64,000 nucleotides of DNA from the NCBI GenBank assembly GCA_026418615.1, contig JAOAAY010000010.1, positions 20,600 through 84,599 on the forward strand, read 5' to 3'. Made by a program: the position numbers and the translations under genes. Below the pieces are notes generated by a model, which saw only the letters and a list, made by a program, of their open reading frames with translations, searched no databases and had not been told where the DNA came from. Source of the stretch: Candidatus Sumerlaeaceae bacterium (GTDB lineage Bacteria > Sumerlaeota > Sumerlaeia > Sumerlaeales > Sumerlaeaceae). Shown in pieces: positions 19,444 through 32,167 of the stretch. The stretch's first letter is position 1; every line of letters begins with the position of its first letter.

Positions 19444-19483
19444 TGAATCTGTTGATGCGCTCAGGTGCACTGTTGAGCGGCAA

Positions 19484-21802
19484 ATGATGACGCCGCGTAA
19501 ATCAACTGATGGGCATCTCCCGCATGGCCTCCTCGCGGTTGTCGTAGCCCTGCTGGCCGTCTGGTTGCCGACTCCGGCACTCTCCCAAACCGGATTTGGA
19601 CGCTTTGGGCGCGAGAACACCGACGGATTGCTAACGCTCAATGTGACCCCTGACCGCTTGGAGATGCCTTCACCTGTGAGCGGGTTCACCGTGCGGATTG
19701 CTCCTGCCACCGTCACCTCGTCCGTTGTTTCGATTGATCAGACGGCGAAGGTTCTCTCGCTTACCGGCGGCGGCACAGGCTCGGCCACCTCAGTTCGATA
19801 CACACTTCTGTACCCGGGACTCTCGGCCGAGTTCGGCACTCAAGCAAGTCTCACGCTCTCCACAAGCAATGTCAATGTGGAACGAATCGAGACGACCACC
19901 GGAACGCCAGCCATGCACGGTGTTTTGATTACGGCAAGTTCCGGGTCCTTTGTCCCCATCGTCCTCGCTTTCCGAAACGGTTTCCGACCGGCAACTGTCT
20001 CGCGGTCGGGCACGACGCTCACGATCAGCGACACGCAGCCCCTCGGCGAGGTGCGGTTCATCACACCCATTGGGATGACGCGCTTCTCATCCAGCGCCTC
20101 ATCGCCTCAGCGGGCTGATCTGCGTCAGCGGTCTATTGACTGGCTTCGACGCGGTCTGCCCACGCTGATTGAACGGTCGGTGGGGTACGACCGCGCCGCG
20201 GGGCGGGTGACGATCACCGAACGGTTCTCCACAACGAACGGCAGCCCGATCGCGCCTGTGCCGCCAGTGCTGGCGTTTGCCTTGGAACACGGATATCCGG
20301 CAAGCATCAGCGGCCCGCTTGTCAAACCCGGCGTCCGCACCAAGTACGGACCATTCGCGTTTGTTGAGGGCGACTCGGTACAAGCCACGCTCCCTGTCCC
20401 GCCCCTCGACGAGTTTGGATTCCTGCGTCTCAATGGCGAGACAACACGGCGTACGCTGCTCAACGGCCTCGTCAGCCGTCTCGGCGCGTCGTGGGCGACT
20501 AACGCTGTGGATCTGGGCTATGTGGGCCTGACGCCAGCACAAATGTCGTGGAGCCACCTGGACACGACCCGCCGAAACAACCTCACCAGCGGCTGGAGCA
20601 CCTACCTGCCGTTGGCATGGCGCTTTCCCCCTTATCCGCCCAGCGACACACGAATCACTTGGCGTGAAGAGACGGAGCCTTTCACAGGGTTAACCTACTG
20701 GTGGACTTACAAAATTGACGGCCCGCAAGGGCAGGCTCTCGACATTGAATGGGGCAACATGCTGCCCGTATATGGGCTTTACAAGTATTGTCAGTTTACG
20801 GGCGACTGGGCGTTTGCCCAAGCGCGCTGGAACCGCGTAAAAGAAGTGCTGCGTTTCACGGACTACGCCGATGACTGGGCGTGGATGACCAACGCCAACG
20901 GCGACATGGGTTACAGTACGGGGACGGGCGACCCCATGACGGCTGCTTTCGCGGGACATGTTGCCGCGCTGAAACTGGCCCGCGCCTTGGGCGACAGCAC
21001 CGCCGAGGTAGAGCGCGCCGTCCGCGCAGCGCGCGCGATGGTTCCTGCCGTGTCGCGCCTCTGGTTCACCGATTGGGCGCGCGCCGAAGGCTACATCTCA
21101 TCCACGGAACAGGTCCTTGGCTTCTGGGAGCGCGGCACCTTTACCACGGGCAACATGAACGAGTCGTCCAGCGATCCATGGAGTTCCACGAACCTTCTAT
21201 CCGGCAACGGTATCATTCCGGAATTTTTTGCCGCCGTACACGCGGCGGGCGCCGTACCCGCGCTCAACACATACGAGCAGCGATACGCCGCGGCCTACCC
21301 CAACTGGGCCAACGGCTCATTCACCTACGCGTTTCCCACCACTTACGGTGGCAACAGCGTTTATGTGGTATTCCCTCACATCTATGCGCGCCACACCCTC
21401 GGCGAGGCGACGGCCAGCCTTTGGGATTATGTGGATTCCTCGCAGGCTAATCGCGGCACCACTTCATGGATCGCCCCGCCGGTGCTGGCGGCGCTACTGT
21501 CGCGCGATACACCGCTCATCCTGACGGAATGGCGCCCCGCGCGGCTCGTGGATGCGGTTTTCGACGCTGCGACCCGCCGCGCGACTTTGGATTTCTCCGT
21601 CACCACAGCCACCACATGGACGCTTACCGCCCGCCGCACCGGCCAACTCCGCCCAAGCGCGGTCACCGTCGGCGGGACAGCCGTACCGTGGGCGTTAAAT
21701 GGTGAAACTCTTACCACCACCGCCAGTGTCAGCGGGACTTTTCGCGTCGAAGTTCAGATGGTCGAGCCGCCGGCCGGCGTGGGCGAGTGGCAACAGTACT
21801 GA
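19484..21802 (+). CDS. Large secreted hypothetical protein (~770 aa); possibly an (alpha/alpha)6 or other glycosidase-like fold but no confident family
   Basis: Signal peptide MMTPRKSTDGHLPHGLLAVVVALLAVWLPTPALSQ. Long ORF with coding-like composition and aromatic-rich segments (WDYVDS, WMTNANGDMGYSTGTGDP). Confidence 0.5.
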   Translation: MMTPRKSTDGHLPHGLLAVVVALLAVWLPTPALSQTGFGRFGRENTDGLLTLNVTPDRLEMPSPVSGFTVRIAPATVTSSVVSIDQTAKVLSLTGGGTGSATSVRYTLLYPGLSAEFGTQASLTLSTSNVNVERIETTTGTPAMHGVLITASSGSFVPIVLAFRNGFRPATVSRSGTTLTISDTQPLGEVRFITPIGMTRFSSSASSPQRADLRQRSIDWLRRGLPTLIERSVGYDRAAGRVTITERFSTTNGSPIAPVPPVLAFALEHGYPASISGPLVKPGVRTKYGPFAFVEGDSVQATLPVPPLDEFGFLRLNGETTRRTLLNGLVSRLGASWATNAVDLGYVGLTPAQMSWSHLDTTRRNNLTSGWSTYLPLAWRFPPYPPSDTRITWREETEPFTGLTYWWTYKIDGPQGQALDIEWGNMLPVYGLYKYCQFTGDWAFAQARWNRVKEVLRFTDYADDWAWMTNANGDMGYSTGTGDPMTAAFAGHVAALKLARALGDSTAEVERAVRAARAMVPAVSRLWFTDWARAEGYISSTEQVLGFWERGTFTTGNMNESSSDPWSSTNLLSGNGIIPEFFAAVHAAGAVPALNTYEQRYAAAYPNWANGSFTYAFPTTYGGNSVYVVFPHIYARHTLGEATASLWDYVDSSQANRGTTSWIAPPVLAALLSRDTPLILTEWRPARLVDAVFDAATRRATLDFSVTTATTWTLTARRTGQLRPSAVTVGGTAVPWALNGETLTTTASVSGTFRVEVQMVEPPAGVGEWQQY

Positions 21803-22022
21803 GCACGAACAGGGGCTTCGGCCCTGCGCATTGTGGAGCCAGCGAGGAATTCCGCTCGTTCATGGCTCGGCCTGCGCGACTCCTCGGACTCCCGCATACT
21901 TCACCGTGCGCCATTGTAGCGGTGTCCATCGGGGCAAGCCGGTTGGCCGCAAATCTCGCAGTTACAGATCTGGACAGGCCGCCCGCGAACCGCGCACTTT
22001 CCCGACTTGAAAGGTAGAGGTT

Positions 22023-23246
22023 ATGACGAAGGGCTTTTCCACGGAAGCCGTGCATGCCGGCGAGCCGGATCGTCAGTACATGGACTCCATCACCACACCC
22101 ATCGTACTGACATCGTCGTACACCTTTACCAACATGGACGATGTGCTCGACTATGTCACAAAAAAGGTGGATAGATTCGAGTACGGTCGCTACGGCAACC
22201 CCACAACGGCTGTGCTGATCAAGAAACTGCGGGAACTCGAGGGTGCCGAGGATGCGGAAGTGTTTGATTGCGGCATGACCTCCGTGTCTTGCGCGTTGCT
22301 CGGTCTGACCCAAAATGGCGATCACATCATCCTGACCGATGACGCCTACAAGAAGACCCTCATGTTCTGTGAGAAGGTCCTGCCGCGATTCGGCATCGAG
22401 ACGACAATCGTCAAGATGGGCGATTACGATCAGATGGAGGATGTCCTGAAGCGCCGCCCCGGCACGCGGATTGTCCTGAGCGAATCGCCCACGAACCCCT
22501 ACCTGAACATCGCCGACATGGACATCCTGCGCAGTTTGCGCGAGCGCTTCGGCTTCGTCCTCATCGTGGACTCCACCTTCGCGTCGCCGTACAATCAGCG
22601 CCCGCTCGAGCAGGGTGCCGATATCGTACTTCATTCGGCCACGAAATACCTTGGAGGCCACAACGACATTCTTGCCGGTGCCGCCCTCGGCAGCAAGGCT
22701 CTCATCGAGCAGATTCGCGACTACCGCAACACGACCGGCGGGATTGTGGACCCCGTCACGAGTTACCTGTTGCTGCGTGGCCTAAAAACCCTTGCCATCC
22801 GGATGGAACGGCTGAATGCCAACGCCACGGCTGTCGCCAAATACCTTGAAAGCCACCCCCATGTGCGCCGCGTGTATTATCCCGGCCTGCCCTCCCATCA
22901 CGATCACGAGCGCGCCCGCAAGTACATGCGCGGATTCGGCGGCGTCGTCACCTTCGAACTCGAAGCCGACCTCAAGTGCACTCTCGACTTCCTGTCCAAC
23001 ATGAAACTGTTTAAGATCGGCCCCTCGTTTGGCGGCGTCGAGGCGCTGGTCACCCATCCCATGACGATCTCCTACTACGATTACACGCCTGAGGAACGCC
23101 GCCGGCTTGGCATCCTGGACGAACTTGTCCGGATGTCGGTGGGGATCGAAGATCCGGAAGACCTGATTGCGGACATTGATCAGGCCTTGCACAAGGCCGT
23201 CACGCGCCACCGCATCAGTCCGAGAGTCTCACAACCCGGCGTTTGA
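22023..23246 (+). CDS. Cys/Met-metabolism PLP-dependent enzyme (cystathionine gamma-synthase / beta-lyase / O-acylhomoserine sulfhydrylase family)
   Basis: MTKGFSTEAVHAG...TPIVLTSSY N-terminus. PLP-lysine region SATKYLGGH. RBS AGGTAGAGG upstream. Confidence 0.8.
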   Translation: MTKGFSTEAVHAGEPDRQYMDSITTPIVLTSSYTFTNMDDVLDYVTKKVDRFEYGRYGNPTTAVLIKKLRELEGAEDAEVFDCGMTSVSCALLGLTQNGDHIILTDDAYKKTLMFCEKVLPRFGIETTIVKMGDYDQMEDVLKRRPGTRIVLSESPTNPYLNIADMDILRSLRERFGFVLIVDSTFASPYNQRPLEQGADIVLHSATKYLGGHNDILAGAALGSKALIEQIRDYRNTTGGIVDPVTSYLLLRGLKTLAIRMERLNANATAVAKYLESHPHVRRVYYPGLPSHHDHERARKYMRGFGGVVTFELEADLKCTLDFLSNMKLFKIGPSFGGVEALVTHPMTISYYDYTPEERRRLGILDELVRMSVGIEDPEDLIADIDQALHKAVTRHRISPRVSQPGV

Positions 23247-23310
23247 TCGCGCACCTGCGCCCGGCACCGAGCACGGCTATGCCCCGATGGCTCTGCTCCG
23301 GCAGATCGCC

Positions 23311-23360
23311 AAAAAAGAAGCCGCGCGCCGGGGCTGATGACGACGGCCCGGGCGCGCGGC
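23311..23360 (-). terminator. GC-rich hairpin with flanking A/T tracts; terminator for gltA on the minus strand
   Basis: Plus strand reads AAAAAAGAAG-CCGCGCGCCGGGG...CCCGGGCGCGCGG-CAAAAAAGG. On the minus strand the hairpin is followed by a TTCTTTTTTGG tract. It sits in the convergent gap between the PLP enzyme and gltA. Confidence 0.45.
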
Positions 23361-23379
23361 AAAAAAGGATGACAGATCC

Positions 23380-24726
23380 TTACCGCTTGTCCATCGGCAC
23401 ATAGTCGCGAATGGTCGGGCCGGTATAGATTTGACGCGGCCGGTAAATGCGGCCACCCGGCGTGTCGTGCTGCTCCTTCCATTGGCCGATCCAGCCGGGC
23501 ATGCGACCGATGGCAAACATCACCGTGAACATGTCGAGCGGGATTCCCAGCGCGCGGAGGATGATGCCGCTGTAAAAGTCCACATTGGGATACAACTTGC
23601 GGTCCACAAAGTAGGGATCATTGAGAGCCAGTTCTTCGAGTTTGCGGGCAATATCCAACAGCGGGTCTTTGACGCCGAGTTTGCCGAGGACTTTGTCGCA
23701 CGCATTCTTGAGGATGCGCGAGCGCGGGTCAAAGTTTTTGTACACACGGTGCCCAAAGCCCATGAGCCGGAAACCGCTGTCCTTCTGCTTGGCCAGTTTG
23801 ATGCATTCCTCGGGCTTGAGGCCGCCCTTGCGGATGCTTTCGAGCATTTCGATGACGGCAACATTGGCGCCGCCGTGCAGCGGCCCCCACAGGGCGCAGA
23901 CCCCGGCCGCCACAGACGCATAAAGGTTGGCCTGGGCGGAGCCGACCATGCGAACCGTCGAGGTGCTGCAGTTCTGCTCGTGATCGGCATGAAGGATCAG
24001 AACAAGATTCAGGGCGTCTTCAATGTCCGGATCCACTTCGTATGGCCTGTGCGGCATGGAAAACATCATGTGCAGGAAGTTGCCACAGTAGAGCAACTTA
24101 GGATCCGGGTAATTGTACGGCAAGCCCTTGGAACTCCGGTAGGAGTACGCGGCGATGGTCCGCACCTTGCTCATCAGGCGCGCAGCCGAGTCCTCGAAGG
24201 ACTCGTCAGACTCCGGATCGGAGAAGTTTTGGTCGTAACAGAACAGGGCGTTGATCATGGCCGAGAGAATCGCCATCGGCGGCGCACCCGACGGGAAGCC
24301 GTCAAAGTGGTGTTTCATCCCCTCGTGCAGGTGCGCATTGTCGGCCAGTTTGTCACGGAAACGCTCGCGGTCCGCCCGTTTCGGAAGTTCGCCATTGATG
24401 ATGAGCATGGCGACCTCGATGAAGTCCGGGTGATTGACAAACTGTTCAATGGGAATGCCGCGATACCGGAGAATGCCTTTCTCGCCGTCAATGAAGGTAA
24501 TGGCACTTGCGCATGAGCCGGTGTTGCCATAACCCGGGTCAAAAGTGATGGCACCCGTCTCGGCGCGCAATTTTGAGATGTCGATGCCAACCTCGCCCTC
24601 AGTGCCGACGATCAAGGGCAGTTCAATCGTTTTTCCGCCCAAAGTTAAAGTAGCCTTATCCGCCACTGCCTCTCTCCTTTTGTCCCCGCCATCGGGTAAT
24701 AATCCGACCGAATGCACAAATAACAC
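23380..24726 (-). CDS. gltA: Citrate synthase
   Basis: GFGHRVYKNFDPRS catalytic motif. Length 448 aa. Confidence 0.9.
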   Translation of the reverse strand: MLFVHSVGLLPDGGDKRREAVADKATLTLGGKTIELPLIVGTEGEVGIDISKLRAETGAITFDPGYGNTGSCASAITFIDGEKGILRYRGIPIEQFVNHPDFIEVAMLIINGELPKRADRERFRDKLADNAHLHEGMKHHFDGFPSGAPPMAILSAMINALFCYDQNFSDPESDESFEDSAARLMSKVRTIAAYSYRSSKGLPYNYPDPKLLYCGNFLHMMFSMPHRPYEVDPDIEDALNLVLILHADHEQNCSTSTVRMVGSAQANLYASVAAGVCALWGPLHGGANVAVIEMLESIRKGGLKPEECIKLAKQKDSGFRLMGFGHRVYKNFDPRSRILKNACDKVLGKLGVKDPLLDIARKLEELALNDPYFVDRKLYPNVDFYSGIILRALGIPLDMFTVMFAIGRMPGWIGQWKEQHDTPGGRIYRPRQIYTGPTIRDYVPMDKR

Positions 24727-24808
24727 CCGCCATGGAAAAAAGGTTCATGCAAGCCGCCGGAAAAAAGCGCACTCAAGCCGTCTTTTTTCAACATCCGACA
24801 AAACTTGC

Positions 24809-25135
24809 CTACTCGATTCGGACAGCCGTGCCAGTGGCGCTCACCATCAGCATGCCGCCGCCGCTGCCCATCTGAACGCTTTCATAATCCAGATCCACGC
24901 CAATGATGGCGTTGGCGCCGAGTTGACGCGCCTGTTCGGACATCTCCGAAAGCGCAATTTCCTTCGCCTTGCGCAACTCCTTCTCGTAGGCGGCGCTTCT
25001 CCCACCAACGATGTCGCGGATGCTGGCGAAAAAATCCTTGAAGATGTTCGCGCCCAGAATCGCCTCGCCGCTGACCAGTCCATAATAATATGTGATCCTG
25101 CGTCCCTCCACAACGGAGGTCGTCGTGATGAGCAT
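24809..25135 (-). CDS. YbjQ/UPF0145 (DUF74) family protein
   Basis: [26 protein letters not shown]...IIGVDLDYE matches YbjQ. Start taken at the internal Met (the ORF track extends to 25210). Confidence 0.7.
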   Translation of the reverse strand: MLITTTSVVEGRRITYYYGLVSGEAILGANIFKDFFASIRDIVGGRSAAYEKELRKAKEIALSEMSEQARQLGANAIIGVDLDYESVQMGSGGGMLMVSATGTAVRIE

Positions 25136-25188
25136 ATCGCTTGTCTCCTGTTTTTCTGCGCCTGCATCGGGGGGCCGGAGGGCGCAGT

Positions 25189-26550
25189 CTAGAGTTTTAC
25201 GGCCATCCACCTGCCTTGCCGGAACGCAGCGTAAAACAGAACGGATCGCAGCGCCCAGTCAACCACCGTGCCAGCGTAAACCCCATAAATGCCCCAACCA
25301 AGGCCGAAGGCAAGCCAGTACACCACGAAGACTCGTACAATGACATTGCCGACGAACGAGACGATCATGGGGCTGATGGTGTCTCCTGCTCCGCGCAGAC
25401 CGCCGGCGAGGGCAAAGCCAATCCCCATGAGCGGCTGCTCCACGGCTGCTATGATCAACAAGGCGTACGCAAGATCGTGCACATCCGGCGCAGGTCCGAA
25501 CAGGGCAAGCAGGCCGCGCCCCCACACGATCAGCAACACAGCGATGCCCGACATGCAGGCCACGCACCAGTTCGTGGCGGAGCGAAACGCCTGTTGGGCC
25601 TCAGCGACCCGGCCTGCGCCCAGCGACTGCCCCACCAGCGTCGCGCAAGCGATGGTAAAGCCGAAGCCGACCATGAAGGACAGCGATTCGATGCGCACCG
25701 TAAGGGTGTGCGACGCCAAGGCGACAGTGCCCAGACGGGCAATATAACCTATAAACACCAGAAACCCCACGCTGACGATCGTCTCATCGAGGAACCCCGG
25801 CACTGAAAGACGCCAAATGGTTCGGAGCAGCCGGCCGTTGGGACGCAGGTGGCGCCGGCGCACATGCACGGGAGAGGTTTTCAGCGAAAGGTACCACAGG
25901 ACCGCCCCGGCAGACGCCACGCTCGACAACGCTGTGGCGATGCCGGAGCCAAAAAGGCCCAGCCGCGGGAACCCCCAGTGACCGTAGATCAGCAACCAGT
26001 TAAGAAACACATTAACAATGTTTGTCCAGAGCATGATCCACATGGGTGTTCTCGTGTCGCCCGCCCCGCGCAAGCCGGCGGCACAGACGAAAAAGAGCAG
26101 ACGCGGGACTGCAGCCGCAAAGATCACAGCAAGGTACGAGGCGCCAGCCGCCACCACCTCCGGCGGCGAGCCCATCCATTGGAGAGACTGCCGCGCAAGC
26201 GTCACACCGAGGATCATAACGGCTAAACCCACAAAAAGGGAGACCACGATGGACTGACCGAGGGCCTTGCCCGCCCGCGCGCTGTCCTGCTCACCGGTGT
26301 AGCGCGCCACCATGGCCGTGGTGCCGCGTTCCACGCAGCCTGCCATCATGAAAACACGCCAGAGGATGACGCCAGCCGCACCTGCCGCAGCGATGACCTC
26401 GCTGCCAAGACGCGCCACCATCAGCGTGTCCACCAAATACATAGCCGTCGCGAGGAGGTTTTCCCCCGCCGCAGGCAGCGCCAGCGCCCATACCCGCGCG
26501 GACATCCCGCGCCCCGGTCCCGCGGCGGGCGCAACCGGCCTATCGGTCAC
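25189..26550 (-). CDS. MATE-family multidrug/toxin efflux transporter
   Basis: 12-TM profile with MATE N-terminal region ([27 protein letters not shown]). Confidence 0.7.
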   Translation of the reverse strand: MTDRPVAPAAGPGRGMSARVWALALPAAGENLLATAMYLVDTLMVARLGSEVIAAAGAAGVILWRVFMMAGCVERGTTAMVARYTGEQDSARAGKALGQSIVVSLFVGLAVMILGVTLARQSLQWMGSPPEVVAAGASYLAVIFAAAVPRLLFFVCAAGLRGAGDTRTPMWIMLWTNIVNVFLNWLLIYGHWGFPRLGLFGSGIATALSSVASAGAVLWYLSLKTSPVHVRRRHLRPNGRLLRTIWRLSVPGFLDETIVSVGFLVFIGYIARLGTVALASHTLTVRIESLSFMVGFGFTIACATLVGQSLGAGRVAEAQQAFRSATNWCVACMSGIAVLLIVWGRGLLALFGPAPDVHDLAYALLIIAAVEQPLMGIGFALAGGLRGAGDTISPMIVSFVGNVIVRVFVVYWLAFGLGWGIYGVYAGTVVDWALRSVLFYAAFRQGRWMAVKL

Positions 26551-27872
26551 CCTTTGCCGTCCGCGCCGGACGCTTCATACAAACGCTCCCGGCCGGGATC
26601 GGGCAGCAACCGCCAAGCCATGACTGAGGACAGTGCGGCCATGATCCCCGACACCACGAACGCCCCATTGTAGTTCCCCATCACTTCGCGCAGCCAGCCC
26701 CCCGTCGGCGGACCGGCCAAACCGCCAAGGCCGAATCCAAGAAAAAAAACGACACCGTAAATAGCCCCCAGCCGCGCGGGACCGAACATTGCCGCGGTCA
26801 TGACTGGCAGCAAGGCCAGCATGCCACCAAACGAGAAACCCGTCAGCAAAACGCCCGCCGCCACCACTGCCGAAGAGCGCGAGGTAAGAGCCAATTGGGC
26901 CACCATCATCACGAGCGGACAGACGATGAGGCAGAATTTTGTGCCAAGGTGAGCCGACATCCAGCCCCAAGTCGGCCGTCCCACGCCGTTCATGACAGCC
27001 AGCGCTGTTACAAGAAACACGGCCGCCCCGCGGCTGAAACCAGGCCCCCCCGGAGCCGGCTCGGCGGCAAATGCTGCGAGTTGGGCAATCACCATCAGAC
27101 CGCCGAACACCGTCAGAAAAAACAGCAGCCCCAAAAGCCAAAATTCGCGGCGGGCTGCAGCCTTGCGAAAAGTCAGTCCGGGCTGCTCTGAGGACTGACG
27201 GTTGTGCTGTCCGCCGACTTCCGCCGCAACCTGCCAGCCCGAGTCTGGCAGGAAAACTTGATTGCGCGCCGGGAACCGGATGATCGTGCCGGCGATAGCC
27301 AGCAAAACGAGGAACACCAGACCCGTCACAAAATAGGTGGCCCTCCAGCCGCCGAGGCTGATGCCCCAAGCCCAGAGGGGTGCGGCCAAAGCCGATCCCA
27401 GCCCCATACCCATGAGTGCAAAACCGATGGCAACGCCGCGGCGGCGCACATCCGGGAACCACCGCGACTGCAACGCGACCGTACAGGCACTGTACACGAA
27501 ACCAATGCCGATGCCCAGCATGACGCCATAGGTCCAGACAAGCATCCCGAGGGTGTGAACGCGAGAAGCCAGAATTTGAGCGAGCACCATCAGCAGGGCA
27601 CCCGTCGTAAAGACCGGGCGCGGCCCAAGCCGGTCAACACCCAGCCCCCCGACCGACGCGGATAGGCCAAACATAAACATGGCAACTGAAAAGGCGAGCG
27701 TTGTTTGCTGGCGGTGCCAGCCAAACTCGTCCTCCAGCGGCTTGACGAACACACTGAAAGCGTAAACCGCACCGATCAGGGTTGTGCAGACAGCACCGGT
27801 TAGCGGAAAAAGCCAACGGTGCCGACCCAAGTCGAGTCCGCACCACTTGAGCGGATGGAAGAGCGCAAACAT
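26547..27872 (-). CDS. MFS transporter (OFA/other family)
   Basis: 12-TM MFS-like profile. Start overlaps the MATE stop. Confidence 0.65.
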   Translation of the reverse strand: MFALFHPLKWCGLDLGRHRWLFPLTGAVCTTLIGAVYAFSVFVKPLEDEFGWHRQQTTLAFSVAMFMFGLSASVGGLGVDRLGPRPVFTTGALLMVLAQILASRVHTLGMLVWTYGVMLGIGIGFVYSACTVALQSRWFPDVRRRGVAIGFALMGMGLGSALAAPLWAWGISLGGWRATYFVTGLVFLVLLAIAGTIIRFPARNQVFLPDSGWQVAAEVGGQHNRQSSEQPGLTFRKAAARREFWLLGLLFFLTVFGGLMVIAQLAAFAAEPAPGGPGFSRGAAVFLVTALAVMNGVGRPTWGWMSAHLGTKFCLIVCPLVMMVAQLALTSRSSAVVAAGVLLTGFSFGGMLALLPVMTAAMFGPARLGAIYGVVFFLGFGLGGLAGPPTGGWLREVMGNYNGAFVVSGIMAALSSVMAWRLLPDPGRERLYEASGADGKG

Positions 27873-28041
27873 GGCGGCTCAGACGCTGCGGGCAGCGCGA
27901 CTGATGCGTCAAGCCCGACTCGCACGGCTGAATCACCCATCGCCGCCGGCATATAATCGTGCAGATTCTCTCCGGCTGCAAGCGAACGGGGTGGGCGATT
28001 GCGGCCAAAGTTTGTGAAATCGGGAACAGGCGCAAACGCCC

Positions 28042-28998
28042 TTGATCGACAGACTGGCCACAATGCTCGGCGCTGATCTCGCGCAAGTGGATGCACACAT
28101 TGAAGCCATCCTCGCGTCCGACACGGACCTCGTGCGCGAGGTGGGGCAGTATGTGCGTTCGACCGGCGGCAAGCGCCTGCGGCCGATGCTCGCCATCCTC
28201 GCCAGCCGCAGTTGGGGCTATGCCGGCAACGACCACACCAAAGTCGCCGCAGCCTTGGAACTGGTCCATACAGCCACTTTGCTCCACGACGATGTCATTG
28301 ACAAAGCGCCCCTGCGGCGTGGCAAGCCCACGGTCAACGCCCGGTGGGGCGATGATGTCGCCATCCTCATTGCCGATTACCTTTACTCCCACGCCTTCAA
28401 TCTGGCGATGGAGTCGCTCGCGCCGCGCGTGCTAAGTGTCATCTGTCAGGTCACCGCGCGCATGTGCGAGGGCGAGTTGTTCCAGATTGAAAAGCGTGAC
28501 GCCCTGCTGACGCGCGAAGACTACCTGCGCATCGTGCGCAACAAGACCGCCTATCTGTTTTCCGCCTGCACGGGGCTGGGCAGCCTGCTCGCCAACGCGA
28601 ACGAGCAGTCAACAATGCTCATGTCCAATTATGGTCTCAACTTCGGCATCGCATTCCAAATCACAGACGACACACTGGATCTGGTGGCTTCGGATGCCGA
28701 GACGGGCAAGCAGCATTGGGCCGACATCCGAAATGGCAAGCAGACCCTGCCCATCATCCGGACCTTCGAGGTCGCAAGCCCTGCGGATCGGGAGGATTTG
28801 CTGAACTGCTGGAACAACGGCCGTGATTCCGAGCGGATCCTGCGCCATGTGCGCAAGTATGACGGGGTCGAGTACGCCCTGGCCGAAGCGCGCGCCTTTG
28901 CCGCCGAGGCACGCCGCCAACTCGACACGCTTGGCGATTCCGAGGCTGTCGAGATGCTGCGGCAATTGGCGGATTATGTCGTGAACCGCACCTCCTGA
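28042..28998 (+). CDS. Polyprenyl diphosphate synthase (IspB/GGPPS family)
   Basis: First aspartate-rich motif LLHDDVIDKAPLRRG and second FQITDDTLD. Confidence 0.8.
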   Translation: MIDRLATMLGADLAQVDAHIEAILASDTDLVREVGQYVRSTGGKRLRPMLAILASRSWGYAGNDHTKVAAALELVHTATLLHDDVIDKAPLRRGKPTVNARWGDDVAILIADYLYSHAFNLAMESLAPRVLSVICQVTARMCEGELFQIEKRDALLTREDYLRIVRNKTAYLFSACTGLGSLLANANEQSTMLMSNYGLNFGIAFQITDDTLDLVASDAETGKQHWADIRNGKQTLPIIRTFEVASPADREDLLNCWNNGRDSERILRHVRKYDGVEYALAEARAFAAEARRQLDTLGDSEAVEMLRQLADYVVNRTS

Positions 28999-29008
28999 CA
29001 CGGCCGCC

Positions 29009-29470
29009 ATGGAACCCAGCGAAAAATTGCCCGCCGATACGCCTCCGGCACAGCCGCCAGATGTCGCCGCCATCATGAATGAAATACGCAGGCGGGTAGC
29101 CGAAAAACGCCGCGCCGGCCTCTACAATGAGCCCCCGCTGCCCGCCGCCATGGCGGCCGCCGCCCCGCCGGCTGACAGCGGAACGGCTCTGTCGCCCGAG
29201 CGGCACATCAGCGCCATGCGCGGCGTGGCCCATGCGGACCTCGAGGGCGAACCCATTCGCTCCCACCGTCCGGTCACCGGCCCATTCATCAAAGCGTGGA
29301 AACGGTTTACCCGTTTTTGGATCCGGCGCTACACGGATGCCCTTTTCCTGCGCCAGAGTTATTTCAACTCGGAAGCCACTGCCGCCGCCGAGGCTCTCCT
29401 GCGGGAAGTGCGAGAACTGCGCCGGGAGATTGAAGCCCTACGGGAGCAACGCGACCGCAATAGCCAGTAA
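29009..29470 (+). CDS. Hypothetical protein with a C-terminal coiled coil
   Basis: ORF only. Pro/Ala-rich N-terminus and a C-terminal EALLREVRELRREIEALREQRDR heptad-like segment. No family recognised. Confidence 0.3.
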   Translation: MEPSEKLPADTPPAQPPDVAAIMNEIRRRVAEKRRAGLYNEPPLPAAMAAAAPPADSGTALSPERHISAMRGVAHADLEGEPIRSHRPVTGPFIKAWKRFTRFWIRRYTDALFLRQSYFNSEATAAAEALLREVRELRREIEALREQRDRNSQ

Positions 29471-29492
29471 TCCGCAGCGCGCCTGACAGCCT

Positions 29493-31904
<2,412 letters not shown>

Positions 31905-32167
31905 TGTTTTTTACGAGAAAACCTTCCTGCTAAGTGGGTTGCGGTCAGGAAACTGTCCGCGGGCCGGCATCGAGCCGGCCGATAAATAATACTGCCGTGG
32001 GACCAACCGCATTTGCCCCCTCAGCGGACGCTGCCGATGCGAAACTGGTCAATCCAAATAGAAGCGGCTTGCAAACGGGTTCAGCGGGGGCAACGCTCGG
32101 GGCCGTGCGCATTACGATTTGCTCATAATGCTGGCTTGACGATCCCTGTTCTGATGGAGCGCGAACC

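Noticed and set aside
21803-22022. Possible SAM riboswitch or T-box in the 220-bp leader of the Cys/Met PLP-enzyme gene
   Set aside because: I could not find SAM-I, SAM-II or SAM-V consensus elements (no conserved kink-turn/pseudoknot motifs). Only small generic hairpins are present. A covariance-model scan (Infernal/Rfam) would be needed; no claim made.
23431-24516. 361-aa plus-strand ORF antisense to citrate synthase
   Set aside because: Shadow of gltA, which has the unambiguous citrate synthase motif GFGHRVYKNFDPRS on the other strand.
31905-32167. CIRCE/HrcA heat-shock operator or other named element in the divergent lon/gdhA intergenic region
   Set aside because: No TTAGCACTC-N9-GAGTGCTAA-like sequence is present. 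Only a GC hairpin (GGGCCGGC-ATCGA-GCCGGCC) of unknown significance.
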